A DNA stretch of 64,000 nt from the NCBI RefSeq assembly GCF_009914755.1, contig NC_060943.1; one strand, given 5' to 3'. Positions 15,489 through 28,735 of the stretch are shown here, one piece after another; the first letter of the stretch is position 1, and each line of letters begins with the position of its first letter. This stretch comes from the human T2T-CHM13v2.0 reference genome, Homo sapiens. The notes beneath the pieces were generated by a model. The model searched no databases, was not told the origin of the DNA, and was given only the letters and a program-made list of their open reading frames with translations. The translations under genes were made by a program, and so were the position numbers.

Positions 15489-18400
15489 TTAGAAGCATTT
15501 TCTCACTGAATCTTCTCAATACTCTACAAAAAAGCATTGTTAACATCCCCATTTTACAGAGGAAAACACTGATGCCCAGCAAAGTTAAATCACTTGGCTG
15601 GAGACACAGATGGAACCAGGATTGGCACCCAGGAAACCGGACTCCAAAGTCCACATTGCCATCCACTGTTCTCTTCCTCTCCCTCAAACCCTTGCCCACC
15701 CTGTCCCATTGGCTCAGCAGAAACACTGGCCTTGGACCTGGGCTTTGCTGTCTGAGACATCCATGTATCTCCCATCCCCGTCCCCAGTTATGGCCTTCTG
15801 CCAATATGAACCATTCACTGAGTGCCTTCACATCACCTGCCCACCTTGATTCACAACAATTCTGGGATGCAGATTGCACAATGCTCCCCAGCTCCACTTT
15901 GTGGGGCCCTAGCAGATTCTCCGAGCTCATACAGAAAGACCAGCTGTGAGGGGAGCCAACACCTTCAAATCTACTCGCTCCCTACACCACCTTACTCAGA
16001 GCTCACCTCCTCTGTGGAGTCTCCTAAGGGAAGGCCCCCCATTCACATCTGTGCAAGATCCCGGTCTGGCAAGAAACTTCTCAGTGCCAACCAGGCACTT
16101 TAGGGTTCACATGGAGAACATTAAATATAAGCAACCCAGGCATCTGCCTCATGGAGGCTTCCTGCAGCCTCCTAGGGAAAAAGTAGCACCTGACCTGGTA
16201 AGAGGAAAAGCTCAGGTTTGGAAGGGTCAGACTCTCACTCTCTGCTCTCCACTTCTTTGAGCCTTGATATTGTCACCAATTCCAAAAGCGCTGTCTGATT
16301 CCTCCACTCCTCCCACTGCAGTCCAGGCCACCACCACCTCTGGCCTGAGTGACTTCAGTGGTCTCCTCCCCGAAGGTGTCCCTTCTTCCATGCCTGTCTC
16401 AGATAGTCTCGTCTCCCCTTGGCCCCCAAAGGGGGTCTTTCTAAAACGTAACCAGGTGGTGTCACTCCCTTGCTTAAGATTCTCCAGGAGCTTCCCATGC
16501 ATTTGGGAATAAAACTCAATCACCTTAACCCAACCTATAAAGTCCTATGTCATCTCACCCCTGCTGACACCTCTCATCTCTTCCCCCATCACTCACCTCT
16601 TTGCCTACCCTGCTCCAAGCCATGCTGTCTCCTCTCTGTTCTTTAAACCATGCTCTTTGCAACCCCAGGCCCTTCGCATGTGCCATTCCCTCTGCCTGGA
16701 ACACTGTTCCTGTGCTCTTTGCCCCATTAAATCCTACTCGTCTTTTAAGGTTTGGCTTAAATAACTTGCCCTCTCTCCTGGCTCCCTATTCTAGTTTATT
16801 CTTTGGGATAGACTTATCAGTTCCTGATTTTGTATTTGATTGATGTTTACACTTAAAGATCTGCATCTTCTCTAGTTGTCAACTCCATGAAAATACACCA
16901 TGCTGGTTCTGCTGCCTGCTACATCTTTAGTGCCCAACAAACGCTGGGCACATAGTGGGTGCTCAACAGACAGGTGGAATGAATGACTTAAATGGATCCT
17001 GCATAGGGACAAGCACCTGAGGCAGAGTACTTAAGTCTTCGAAGCCTCAGTTTCCACTTCTGTAAAATCAAGATAATAATTCCTCCTTTACAAGATAGTG
17101 GTGAGGATCCAAATAGTCAATGAATATTGACAGTGCGTTGGGAAAAAATCCTCTGCAAATACAAAAGCTTAAAGACCTGGAACCTAGAGGATGGGCAGGA
17201 GTCAGAGAGAAGAGCAACAGGAAAGGGCATGGCCATTTATCAGGTGACATTGTGTTTTGTATTTCCCCTTTCCCTGACCCCTATGAGGTAGTAGTTATGA
17301 CCCAGAGGAGGAAATAAGGCTCAGACAGGAGAAGCCCCCTTCCCAGGGTGTCATGGTGAGTCCATGGAAGAGCCGGGATTTGTACCCCTCACACTGAGGC
17401 AGGCAAAATGGTCATTGCAGGAGAAGCATCCCCTGATCTCTTGCCCCCCTCTTCATCCTTCGCCCCCAAAGCCCTCACCTCTTTCCAGGTTTCCTGGTCT
17501 TGGCCTGAATCTCATACTCCTCAGCTGATCCTGCCAACCTCATCTCCACCCCAAGACCCACCCAGCCCTGCCCCAGCTGACACCTGGTTCTTGTGCTCAC
17601 ATCCTGGCCTTTCCCACATGGCCCAGAGGGACCTTTCTGTCTTCTATTAGGAAGGCCTTGTACTAATTGGAAAACTTTTGTTTGACGGTAATGCCAAAAA
17701 ATTCATAACTAGTGAAAAGTAAGCACTGTTTCAGGCATAAGCAAGCATATAGCATGTGGGTAAATACGTGGGTCTGTACACGCCTTTGAAACACAAATGC
17801 CGTCTTCCCACATCAGAGGGATCTCTCTAACACAGAGATCCTCACTCCCCTCCGCAAACCAGGTAGCTGTGAGGCCAGAGGTGGGGAACTGTGAAAGCTG
17901 CACTAATGTAGACCTTGTTGGTGTTGGGTGGAGGTGACTGGTCCTAGGTGAAGGAGAGAGGCTTGGAAAGGACACCCAGGGTCATCCTGAGATCCTCCTC
18001 ATCCTCCAAATGCCCCCATCTGTCAACTTCCCCTCAATTCAACCCAAAGATGTCTGAATCCCTCTGCTCCTCCGGCTGTGCCTCCCACTCAGGACTTGCT
18101 CCTCCCCACCCCACCCCACCCCAGCCTCTACTGTTGCACGGGTTCTTCCTCACTTGCTCCACAAATGTCCCTTGAATCCTGTCTGTGTGGCAAGCAATGA
18201 ACCAGACACCAGTGATGTCACGGCCCCTGCTCTGGGGAGCTGACAATGGACATGGACCCAGGCGTCTTGAATCCACGCCCCATGTTCCTTAAAGCATGAC
18301 CCTGGTTGGGCCTCGCTCCCACCCAGACCGAGAGGAAAAATCTTGGCACCCTAGACCTGCCCACGTCTGCAGCTTCACCTTCCCAAGCCACCATGAGAAG

Positions 18401-21400
18401 GAGAGAGGAGGGGCGACCATGTTCCCCAGCCTGAAGATCCTGCCCTCAACTCCCTCCCTAGGAGACAGAGGACCCTGGGCTTTCAAGGCAACATAATCCA
18501 CAGGGGAGGCCGTAAACACCCTTGGAGTAGCTCGCTTTTCAGGGGAAACCAAGGCTCAGGGCCAGCATGACTTGAGCAAAGCCACACAGCGCGTCTGTGG
18601 CAGACAGACGGGCCCCACCCCTCAGTTCCCAGCTCCATCTCTGCGAGTGTAGACTTGTTTGAACTTCCCTAGACACTGACACTGCCAAGAGAAAGAAGAG
18701 GGGCTTAAGACCCTTTTTCTGCGTGTTCTGCTGATGTTCCAAGGACCTGAGCCTCCACTTCTTTCTATGGCTGTGGGAGGGGAGATGAACCAAGAGAGAT
18801 GGGGCTAGACAAGGGATGTGGGGCGCAGGCAGGGTAGAAAAAGACAGAGTGAAAAGCATACAGCAGGGCAGAGAAAAGAGGGGTGTAAGGAAAGAGTAAC
18901 TGGGGACTATCAAGGTAGAACAGAGAAGTGTATGGGGGTTTTTAAATCCCTGGAGGGAGAGGCAGCAATAAAGGAAAGAGAGTCAGAGTCAAATAGAGAG
19001 ACAGAGACAGGAAGATGCAGATAAAGAGGTAGAGAGAGAGAACAGCAGAAAGAGAGACAAAGAAAACAGGAGAGAAAAGAAAGAGGGAGGGAGGGGGAAG
19101 AGCAAGCAGAGGTGGGGCCACAAGGGCCTCCTGTAAATTGCTTCCCAACACCCTCTCCCCTGCCCCTCACACCAGCAGTCCAGCAGGGTGTGTGGTGTCG
19201 TCCCCATCCCTGAAGGGGCTGCTCCGGGCAGAGCTGAGACTGACACATGGGAAGGTGTCCAGCTCCCGGCCCTCTCTCTTTTCCTGCACCCAGCTGCCTC
19301 CCAAAGAAAAGGGCCAAGTTCAGTGTGGAAGGGGCAGAGACAGGCCCTGGGGGACTGAGAGCTGAAGTGCTGTAACCAGGGGCAGAGAGGCTGCAGTCTG
19401 TCTCCCCTCTTCAGTGCCTGGTCCCCACAGACACCCTACCTGTTCTTGTCCCCTGCTGGCTGCTGAGGGACAGGCTTTGGCTATCCTGACTTTGGCCAAT
19501 GCCTCCCTCAACCTGTGGCCATCGTCTCCCTGCCTGGTGACCCCAACACCCTCCTGTACCTCCTCCTACCCATCCCTGTGCCCCCCAAGACCACCCATCC
19601 CATGGCCACCTTTCTGCTCCTCTGCAGGTTTGGGGTTAGGGAAGGGAGCACAGAGGCCTAGATGGGGGGTGGAAGGCTTGGTGGATTATTGAAGATGTGC
19701 GGGCACTGCGGCTGACATGGATGAGGAGGAAGAGGAGGGGGTCTTGGTGATGGACGATGCTGATCCTGCGGTGGGGGGAATGGCAGGGGAGGGGGTGGAG
19801 AGGGCTGGGGGAGGGGTGGTGAGGAAGCAGGTTCGGAGGGGAGCAGGACCAGGCTCACATTTGGCATTCAGGGCAGCTGACAATAAAAATGCTTTATTGC
19901 CAAGAAACTGGATCGATCGGGGCTGGAGGGGGCCGGCAGGGGGGACGCGGAGGGCTCAGCGCAGAGGCCGGCGGCCGGCCTTCGCAGCGACCAGGGCCCG
20001 AGCCGCCCTCCCCCCTGCACCCCCCTCCCTGCCTCCTGCCCTTTCTCTCTCCTGCAGCCACCGCTTAGTTCTTATTATATTTTTTCTTATATATTTTTCC
20101 CCCAGCTTCTCCTGCTCCTGTTTTTTTATTCTTTTAATTTTTTTTAAAACTCGCTGCACTCCCAATGCCGCAGGCCGGGTGGGGGTGGGGTGGGGGCATC
20201 TGCCTGGGCCAGGCCCCTATCCACAGGGTGCCCAGAACTGCTGGCTCTGGGATGAGCCCCACTTTGCTTCTGTATCCCCCAATCCAACCAGGCTCCTCCT
20301 AGAGCCTGTCCTCTGTGGATGCCCATCTCCCCCTGCCACCCCTCCAAGGGGCCTCCTTCCAACCTCAGAGTACCCACACACACATATCCATGGTGGGCTG
20401 AGGGCCCTGGCCAGGCCTTCCTCCCCTCCCCCCTACCTGGCCCCCTGCTCACTCCCGGAGCCATTTGGCTGATGGTCAGAACTGTCTGTCAAGGTGGCTC
20501 TGAGCCCCTGGGGACCCAGATGGGAGGAGGGAGGGGGAGAGGTCGGGGGTCAGGCCACGTCCCCTCAGCTTGTCTCTTTCCCCTCCCCCTTCCTAACAAA
20601 GGGAGCATCGGCCTGACACTGGCGGGATGGCCTGGTACTCAGGGAAGCGGGGAGGAGAGGGGCTGTGGGGATGGCCATGGGCAGAAGGCGGGGGTGGGGG
20701 CCGCCTGCCCCTCCTCTGCCCTCCCCCTCGGGTCAAGGCTAAGGTGATTCCTCAACCTCTCGGAGGCTGGGCTGGGAGGAGAGGAGGATCTGGACAGACA
20801 AAGAACTGGAGCCCTGGGGAGTTGGGGGCTGGGGGGACGCACCTGGGACCAGGGCAGTCCTGGCTGAGGGAGGGGCAACAGGCACCCCTCTGGCCCTGCT
20901 CTCACCCTCTGGATGGCCCTGCCTCCCATCTGTACCAATCCCTACGGATCCCAGAGCCATACAGACCTTCCAGCTTGGGCAAGGTCGGATGGGGGTGGGG
21001 GGAAACTGAGGCCCAGAGAGGGGAGACGGCCCAGGCCCAGGGTTCTCAGCGCTGTCCCAGAGTCTCTCCCCTCACTTCTCTTCCTACTAAGGGAAGACAT
21101 CTTCCTCTCCTGCCCTCCCCCACCCAGGTCAGGGGAGGTTTGGTGGGGGCAGATGGTAGAAGGTTCTATGGAGAGGGAAGAGGAGGCTGAGGAAAAAGTG
21201 AGGCTAAGCGTTCTCCTCTCTTAAGCCAGTGGGCAGGGGAGGAAGCCAGAAGAGAAAAAGTCTAAATGTGACCTTGAGCACTGGCCTGGCACAGCTGTGG
21301 GAAGAAACTTAACGTCCGTCAGAAAGGGCAGGAAACCAACATAGACAGGGTGCTCCTGAGTACCTGGCTAGCGGTGGCTGGGGAAGAGGCCTTCAGACAG

Positions 21401-21879
21401 TTTTCCCCTTTTGCCCATGGCTACAGTGAAGGAGGAGGATTCACACTCTGGTTGGTCACAATCCACCCATGACACTGCGTCAGGGCCTCCCATCCACCCA
21501 GCCTGACTGTGGGGCGCAACGGGTAGCTGAGGCAATGAACAGCTGTGAGCCCCCATGCCCACAGGGATATGGAGCCTCCAAAGAGACAGAAGGAAACAGG
21601 CAGATCTTCTGTGCTTAAATTCTCCTATGAAGGCTGAGGTGACTCTCGGGGAGAGGGCCGCAGCGAAGAAGAAGAGGGGGAGAATAAGGCGGGCCTCTTT
21701 TGGAGGGGGTGGGATGGGCTCACACATGCCCCCACAGCCTGCCAAGAAGGCCCCAGATGGGCCGAGGACTATAGGGGTCCCGGCTGCCCTCCCCCAAACC
21801 TCCCCTCCCTTCTCTCCCTCTCTCTTTCTCGGCTGGCTATCGACCGGGGCTGTGACATGGTGGATCAATACGGCAGGGA

Positions 21880-24800
21880 TATAAAGCCGGCTGGCTGGCT
21901 GCCTGCCTCTGCCTCTCTCTCTCTCCCTTGCTTGCCTTGCTTCCTTTTCCCGGAGCCGCACCCAGGTCCCCCACCATCATGTACCCCTTACCCAGGCCTC
22001 TGAGGGGCCAGGCACCCCCCACCACTCCCCTACAGCAGGAGAGCTTAGGGAGGCTGAGAGCTTGGACAGCCGGGAGAGGGGGTGAGTATGGGAGTGGGCA
22101 AGGAAGCAGATGGGGATGGGGGCCATAGTTTCAGGTAAGGGGGCTGGGAGAAATTGAGGGACAATTTCTGGGAGAAAGCAGGCATCCCCTCAATTGGGAG
22201 CAGCTCAGAAAGATGGGGCCCTTTGAAGGTGTGTGACGGACAGAGCTCTGGGAGGTGGGCAGGGGGCACCTGTGGGTTCAGAGAGACACTGTCCTGAGCC
22301 CATGAGGCAGGGGAAGGTCTGGGGTGGGTGCTGGAGTAGGCTACGGTGAATGGACACAAAGAACAGTGGGGCGAACCCTCAGGCCGGCCTGCGCCCACCC
22401 CCAGAGCTGCTGGCTGCCCCGCCTTTGGGTCCCTGCGGGTAGAAGTTGCCTTGGCCTCACCCCAGGGTCTGGCCTGCACATGTGTGGTTGGGGTGGGAAG
22501 CTTGTGCGGCTTCGGACAGGAGGTTCCAGCGAGAGGTCTGTGGTGTGCGAGCTGCCATGGACGCAGGGTGTGCATGTGTCCTCAGGCTCTGCTGGGGGAT
22601 TCTAGGACTGCACATACCCGAGCGTCTTGGCCCGAGTCATGTCTGTGTGTGAACATGAGTTCATGGATGTGTCCCAGGAGCACTGGGTGGCTGTGTATGC
22701 ACTTCCATGAGTGTTTCCCTGACGCTAAGTCTCTGTCTGTCCCTTGGGGATGTATCCCAGGAACACCTCAGGGATCTCCTCTGTCCCCAGTTAATGGGGT
22801 AGCTATGTGTTCCCATGTGCTCTGGGAAGCCTGTGTGTGTTGGCGTGCGCATGCCCCTGACAGAGTGTGTCTGAGCACGGATGCTGCTGTGCGTGAGCCT
22901 CCATGGGTCCCGTGTGGATCTGTGCCTGTGCCTGTGGGCAGCTGCGTGTGCTTCAGGGATCTGCGCGGTGGTCTCTATGTGTACTGGAAGCAGGTTCTCC
23001 TCATGAGTGTCGGAGAGTCCATGCGGTTTCTCTGTGTGTCTATGTGATGCTGTGTGTCCCTGTGTGCCGATGGTCGAGTGTGTTTCCACAAGTGGGCTGG
23101 AGGCTCTGGGTGTGTCCCTGTGTGTGTCATGGTGACTTGGTGTAGACGGCACGGTGTATGTGTGTAGAGGCTACAACCCTGAGTCTCTGAGTGGGGGAGG
23201 GTGGCGAGGCAGCAGGGGCTGCCACGGAGACACTGGCTAGCCGGTTTTATCACTACATCATCTCCAAATCCCAATGTCAGGGCCTGCCTGCCTTCTTTCC
23301 CTTCCCTGCCAGAGACCCCAGACCCCTGCCAGGATGGGCCCAGGCCCCCGTCCCTCCCCCGGCACCTTGGGCAGGCTGTACCTCTGCTCCTCAACACCCC
23401 TGCTTTGGTGGATGCCACCTCAACTCCACCAAGCGACCTCCGTCCCTCCCAACCCCCCCAGCGCCACCCGCTCCCCCCGCCCTCCCCCCACCACAAGTCC
23501 AGTCCAACCCAGACAAAAGCAATTACTCCAGAGGTAGGATGTGAGTGTGGGTGTTAGAAACAGGAAAAAAAGGGGGGGACAGGGAGGGGGAGCGAGAGAG
23601 ACACAAACAGAGGCAGGGATGGACAGCCAGAGACCCCGAGAGACGACAAGAGAAAGAGAACGGCAGAGTGAGAGACAGAGGCACACGCAGAGAGATGCAC
23701 AGAGAAGCAGAGACAGAAGATGAAAGAGACTGGAAGGGACACAGACACCAAAACCAGGAGGCAAAGGCAGAGAAAAAGAGCAGAGGAAGGGCAAATGCAG
23801 AGAGCACGACAGAGAGAGACGCAGAGACAGTGACTGGAGAGACGGAGAGAGAAACAGAGAAAGAGCACACAACAGAGCAGAAAACCCAGTGATGGAGCCA
23901 CACAGAGAGAAGACGCAGATAAAGAGAGAACGGGGGCCAGAGGCAGGGAGAACTAGAAAGGGGGCAATGCACAGAGAGGAACAGAAAGGCTGAGTGAGAG
24001 TGAGAGAGAAAGGAGACCAGAGAGATAAAAGGCAGACGGCAGATAGTGGTGGAGGGGAGTTGGTAACCCACTAGAGACTCTGAGATGGCAAAGCTAGAGA
24101 GAAACTGAAAGGGGATCACGTCCAAAGTGATGTCTCTCACACACACACACACACACACCTTTCTCCCCATTCCCCAGGCCAGAAGTCAGGGATGCTCAAG
24201 CCTTTTTCCACGTTCCTCTGGGCCCCTGTGAGCCACGGTGGGGAGGGGACAGGGTGAATGGACAGGGATGATCTCAGGTAGCTTCAGGGACCAGCCAGAG
24301 CCGACTGGGACCTGATCACATGGGTAGGGAGAGCAGTACATCCCTCCTTACCACACACCGCCACCTCACCCTCCACACACAGTCCACACACACCAGGGCC
24401 TTGGCCAATTTCCTCGTACTCTGCCAGGCATGGCCAGCCTGGGGGGTGGGGGGCCAGGTGTGAGGTCCTTCCTTCCTGCCCCACAGTCCTGCCCACCTGC
24501 CTCAGCTGCAGCTGCCCCGCACTGTTTTTTCTTTCTCATTGTCCCCTGCCTTCAGCCCGGCTGCCTTCATCTTTCTCTGATGCACTCTCATGCGCTCAGC
24601 TCGCATGCACGCGCCCTCTCTTTCTCTCTGTTCCTTTCTGTCTCTGAGTCCCTCACTCTGCTTTCCTGCCTCTGACTTTTCTGCTGTTTCCTCTTCCTCT
24701 TTGCTCCTCTCCGTTGCTCTGTTCCCCTCTCTGTGTTTCTGTCATGAGGTGCATGCTCCCTGGGTCTCCCTCTCCCTCCACTCCCATCTGGTGTATTCTG

Positions 24801-26900
24801 GATTCCCCTTTCTTAGACAATCCCTCTGGCCCTCCTATCCACCTCGTCCCCAAGAAAAGCAAGGTTGGGCACAGTGGTCCTAGCCTGTAGTCCCAGCTAC
24901 ATAGGAGACTGAGGCAGGAGGATTGCTTGAAAGTTTGAGAAAAGCAAGGGTGGATCACTGTGTAAAGGACCTCAGAAGCTGTCCTGGAGTGCTAGGAGTG
25001 GGTGAATACTTCCTTTCTTGTTTTTCCCTCAATCACCTTTTATCCTCCTCTCTTTCCTACCCCACCTCACACCCACCCCAGGCCGGATCTCTGGATCTCC
25101 CCAGCCTCCAGATCTCAGTGTGGCTCTCTCTGGAGACAAAAGCTAAGACTCAACCCACAGGCAACACTCAACACAGAGATCCAGCTCAGAAAAAAAGGAG
25201 CTGACCAGGGAGGAATGGAGAGGCCAAGACACATAATGAAGACTAAGAAAAGGAAGAAAGATGATGCTGGGGCTGGAGCCAAAGGGAGAGGAAGAGGAAA
25301 GGAAGGAAAGCCAGGGGCAGAGACCTGGCAGGGCAGCGTGAGCCCAACAACCACGGGGTGGGGGTGGGGCGCGCATCAAGATTTCTAACAAGCGCAGCTG
25401 AAAACACCCAGGGCCGTTCTCTGAGGCCTTCTCTCTGCCTACCAGCCCTCACCAGTGCTTCGAAGAGCCCTGAGGAACGTCTCTCTATTTGAAGTCAGAG
25501 CCGAGTGCCTGCTCTCGGCACCTGGGGCTCCATGCTTACCAGGATGGTGGGTACTTGACCTTCATTTGCTGTGGGACTGTCAGGGATTCCAGGGACCCAC
25601 TGGTCCCCGAACTGGCTCAGAGATGCAAGCCATTTTTACCTCCTACACATCTATAATCCCCACCCCATGGCTGACAAATATTCCCAGTCCACAGCTGTCT
25701 CCACCCACCCAGTGACAGAGCACAGGCAGCCAAAAGGATCAAGCAATCTCTTGCCACCTCCCAGCACCCCAGAATGCTAAACAGACCCTCACATCTGGAC
25801 TCCACATCCAGCGAGGAGTGCCCCTGCCCACCACCCAGATCACACAGCTGCCAGTTACAGACCACCCTATAGGTCCCACCACACGGCCATAGCCCACCAG
25901 CATCCCAGAGCTGCCTCTACACTAAAGCTCTGTCCCAGCCCAGCCATCCTTCAAGCCACATCTGGAATAGCACACACCCTATTCCACTAGCCAAAGCCCC
26001 CAGGGGTGTAATTCAGAAGGAGGCAGACTGGGCCTGGGGCATGTGGACAAGTCCCTGACACCACGCCCTGGCTTCTCCGGCTTGTCTGAAGAACCTGAAC
26101 TGCCCTTAAGGCCTGCGCCTCCCATCCCAGGGCAGCCCCCCCGCCATACCTACACTCTTGGCCATGGGAGAATGTCCTCATGTGCGGCTAAACATCCTCC
26201 TCATGCAGCCTTGAATTCTGTTCCTTCCACGTCACCTCACCAGACCCAGGATGAAAGCCGCTCACCTAGAGCAAAGCTTCTGCTTCCGAGGCATTCAGGA
26301 CTCCCCTCAGGGTGTGTGAGCACCCTGGGGCACATGCCTGTTGCTTATGTCTGGGTTACCTCTGTGACCCTGGGACCGCTCCACATTGAAGGCCGTTGTG
26401 TCTTTTTGTGGAAGGATGGAAGGACAGAAGGGAAGGAGAGACAAAGTGGTACCACAGCCCTGTTCTTGCCCTGGCACTTGGAGGGCACCAGATACCCAGG
26501 GGACTGTAGCTGGCTGTGAGGACTCTAAGGCCAGGCCAGCATACACAGTCCCCAATAGTGAGTAGGAGCCCAGTCAGTCCACACCCCTTCCCATCCACTC
26601 GAAATGTAACTTAGCCCTCGGCTTCTCCTTACCTTTCAGGAGTTCTCTCCTTACCCCCAAAGACTTCCTGAGGACCCCCTAGGCCAGCCAGCCTATCCCT
26701 CTCTCCCCTAACCCAGCATCCTGCAGTCCCCTGGTTCAGATTGGTGGTGTCTGTGCCTGAACCCCCACGAGCCTGAAAGCCCCTCAAAGGCCACATGGGT
26801 CTCCCGCCTCTCTGCATCTCCAGATGGTGGCACGAGGCCTAGCACACAAGGAATCCCAGAAAATGTTGGCTGAAGGAATAAATGGATGGATCTAGGTTTA
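21880..26900 (+). ncRNA. POU2F2-AS1: Probable antisense lncRNA within the long POU2F2 upstream intron
   Basis: TATAAAG 21880-21886 after an ATCAAT/TGACA islet, donors GG|GTGAGT (22081/2) and CAG|GTAAGG (22134/5), AATAAA 26877-26882. The name is from recall of the annotation; internal exons are not resolved. Confidence 0.5.
24865..24937 (+). pseudogene. Tailless 7SL/Alu-monomer-derived retrocopy (~70 nt)
   Basis: Resembles the 7SL 5' end (...GCCTGTAGTCCCAGCTAC...GAGGATTGCTTGA), has no poly-A tail, and has a 12-bp TSD AGAAAAGCAAGG at 24853-24864 and 24938-24949. Confidence 0.75.
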
Positions 26901-27387
26901 TGTGTCTGTTTGCTCACTTATTTATTCATTCAGCTCATGCTTGCTGAGCACTTACACTGTGCCAGGGACTGAGTATAGACAGATGTGTTAGACAAACAGA
27001 GAGGTCCCCTCACCCAGAGGCTTCTGAGAGCAGACATTAACCATATAGAATATAATCAGATACGGTGATAGTGCTCAGGAGGGAAAAGGAGGCATCATCC
27101 AGCCCATGGGTCAAGAAAGGCCCTCAGAGTTGAGGAGCCTTAGATGGGGAGCTGAGGAGGTAGAGAAGTGAAGCCAACCCAGAGTGGAGAGAAGGCCCTG
27201 CTGTGGGTGGGAGGAGATTTGGAGGAAGGGCCAGAAGGGAGAGGAGGAGGGGGAGTCACACGGGAGCATAGGCAGCAGAGGCCACCACAACCCCAGGGCT
27301 GGGAGGGGGTCTCTCACTCATCCTGGGGCTCCAGCTCCCACATAGAGCATTGAGGAGGCCTCCAGACATGTTTGGGGCATCACTCAC

Positions 27388-27400
27388 CTTCCAAGTGTGG
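27388..27400 (-). CDS. POU2F2: Candidate 13-nt POU2F2 microexon (CCACACTTGGAAG; encodes PHLE+G when entered in phase 0)
   Basis: Reverse complement CCCTCACCTGCTCTGTCTTTCCTTTATAG|CCACACTTGGAAG|GTGAGT: branch-point-like CCCTCAC, UGC, pyrimidine tract and a perfect donor. Confidence 0.5.
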
Positions 27401-28479
27401 CTATAAAGGAAAGACAGAGCAGGTGAGGGCGATGTTTATTGTAGTTGTTGTTTCGTAACAAAACTATACACCTAAAAGAGTATGGCTTCCTTCAAAGATG
27501 TCTCCTCAGGAGGCCGAACTTTTTCTTGAACCACCTGATATTTTGGCAACAGCCTTCAAGGCCAGTTTACAAACTCCATCAGCAAAGCATCTCTCTAGTG
27601 TATAATCATCTCTAGTTTCTATTGAAAAACCAACAAGTGGCCCCAGTATTATCATTGCTAAATTCATCAGAGCTGCTGCTAAATCAGACTTCAGGTGGTC
27701 TCCGAAATCAAATTCACTCCCAAAGTGCAAAAATTTGCCACACTGTGGAGATACCAAAAACAATGGTGGGTTTTGGTGAGGTAAAAGAATGAGAGCTTTA
27801 AGGTCAGGCAAACCCAGGTTCAAATTCTAACTCTACTGCTTACATGTTGGGTGGCCTTAGGCAAGTTGCCTTCACGCTCTGTGCCTCAGTTTCTTTGTCT
27901 TGTAACAGGTGCCAACACCCACTTCACAGGGTTGCTGTGAGGATTAAAAGCAAAGTGCCCAGAACAGGCCCTTGCACAAAGGTGGCCCCTAATAAATATC
28001 AGTTTCCTCACTGGAATGTACCAGCCCTGTTACGTGTTACCAAGTCAGTCACCCACATGTCCATGAAATCATGGATATTTAATGAACATCTATTTGAAGA
28101 CAAATAATTGAAATCATAGACCTAACAGTGACCTCTACCAACTGGAAACATAATTAAACCCCTCTGTTACTTCAGCCCAACTTTCAGACGTTCCTCAAAG
28201 CCAGTCTCTAGCTCCCAAACTAATTCTGCAACCTGGAAATTCCTTGACTCTCTTTTCGAGGATGTGAGGATTCCTGGAAAAACTGCAACTTCGGTTCCCT
28301 GGAGAAAGCACTCTAGAGAAATGACACATCCTGGAACAAACACTCTCAGCGATAACAGGGGTCCATGAATGAGCTTCAGGGGGTCTGTGATCATCCCAAA
28401 GTGTAGCACAACTGGGCAAATGTAGGTATGTGTTTTCCTGGGAGAAGCTCTATACTGTTGTGAAACTAGGTATCTATGG

Positions 28480-28735
28480 GCCAAAGGTTGCCTGAAATAT
28501 GTTGTTTGGACCACGAGGAGATTTTGCAAGTTTTGCATTAGTTGCCAACATTTAAAGATTGGAAGACTTCACACACAAGTCTGGGTTCCTGGCTTCTCTT
28601 GAAAAATCAGAAACCCTGGCAAGTCAGGGTTGCATCTGTGCATGAGAACAGTCAGTGGAGCTAAAAAGCAGTCCCCCACCCCATGCATTTTTCAGTCCAT
28701 CATAGTCCCTACAATGCTGGGTTGCAAACCCTGGG
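28480..28735. mobile_element. hAT-Charlie DNA transposon remnant (MER102-like)
   Basis: ATTAGTTGCCAACATTTAAA...GGCTTCTCTTGAAAAATCAGAA...CTGGCAA resembles the recalled MER102 consensus. Confidence 0.55.
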
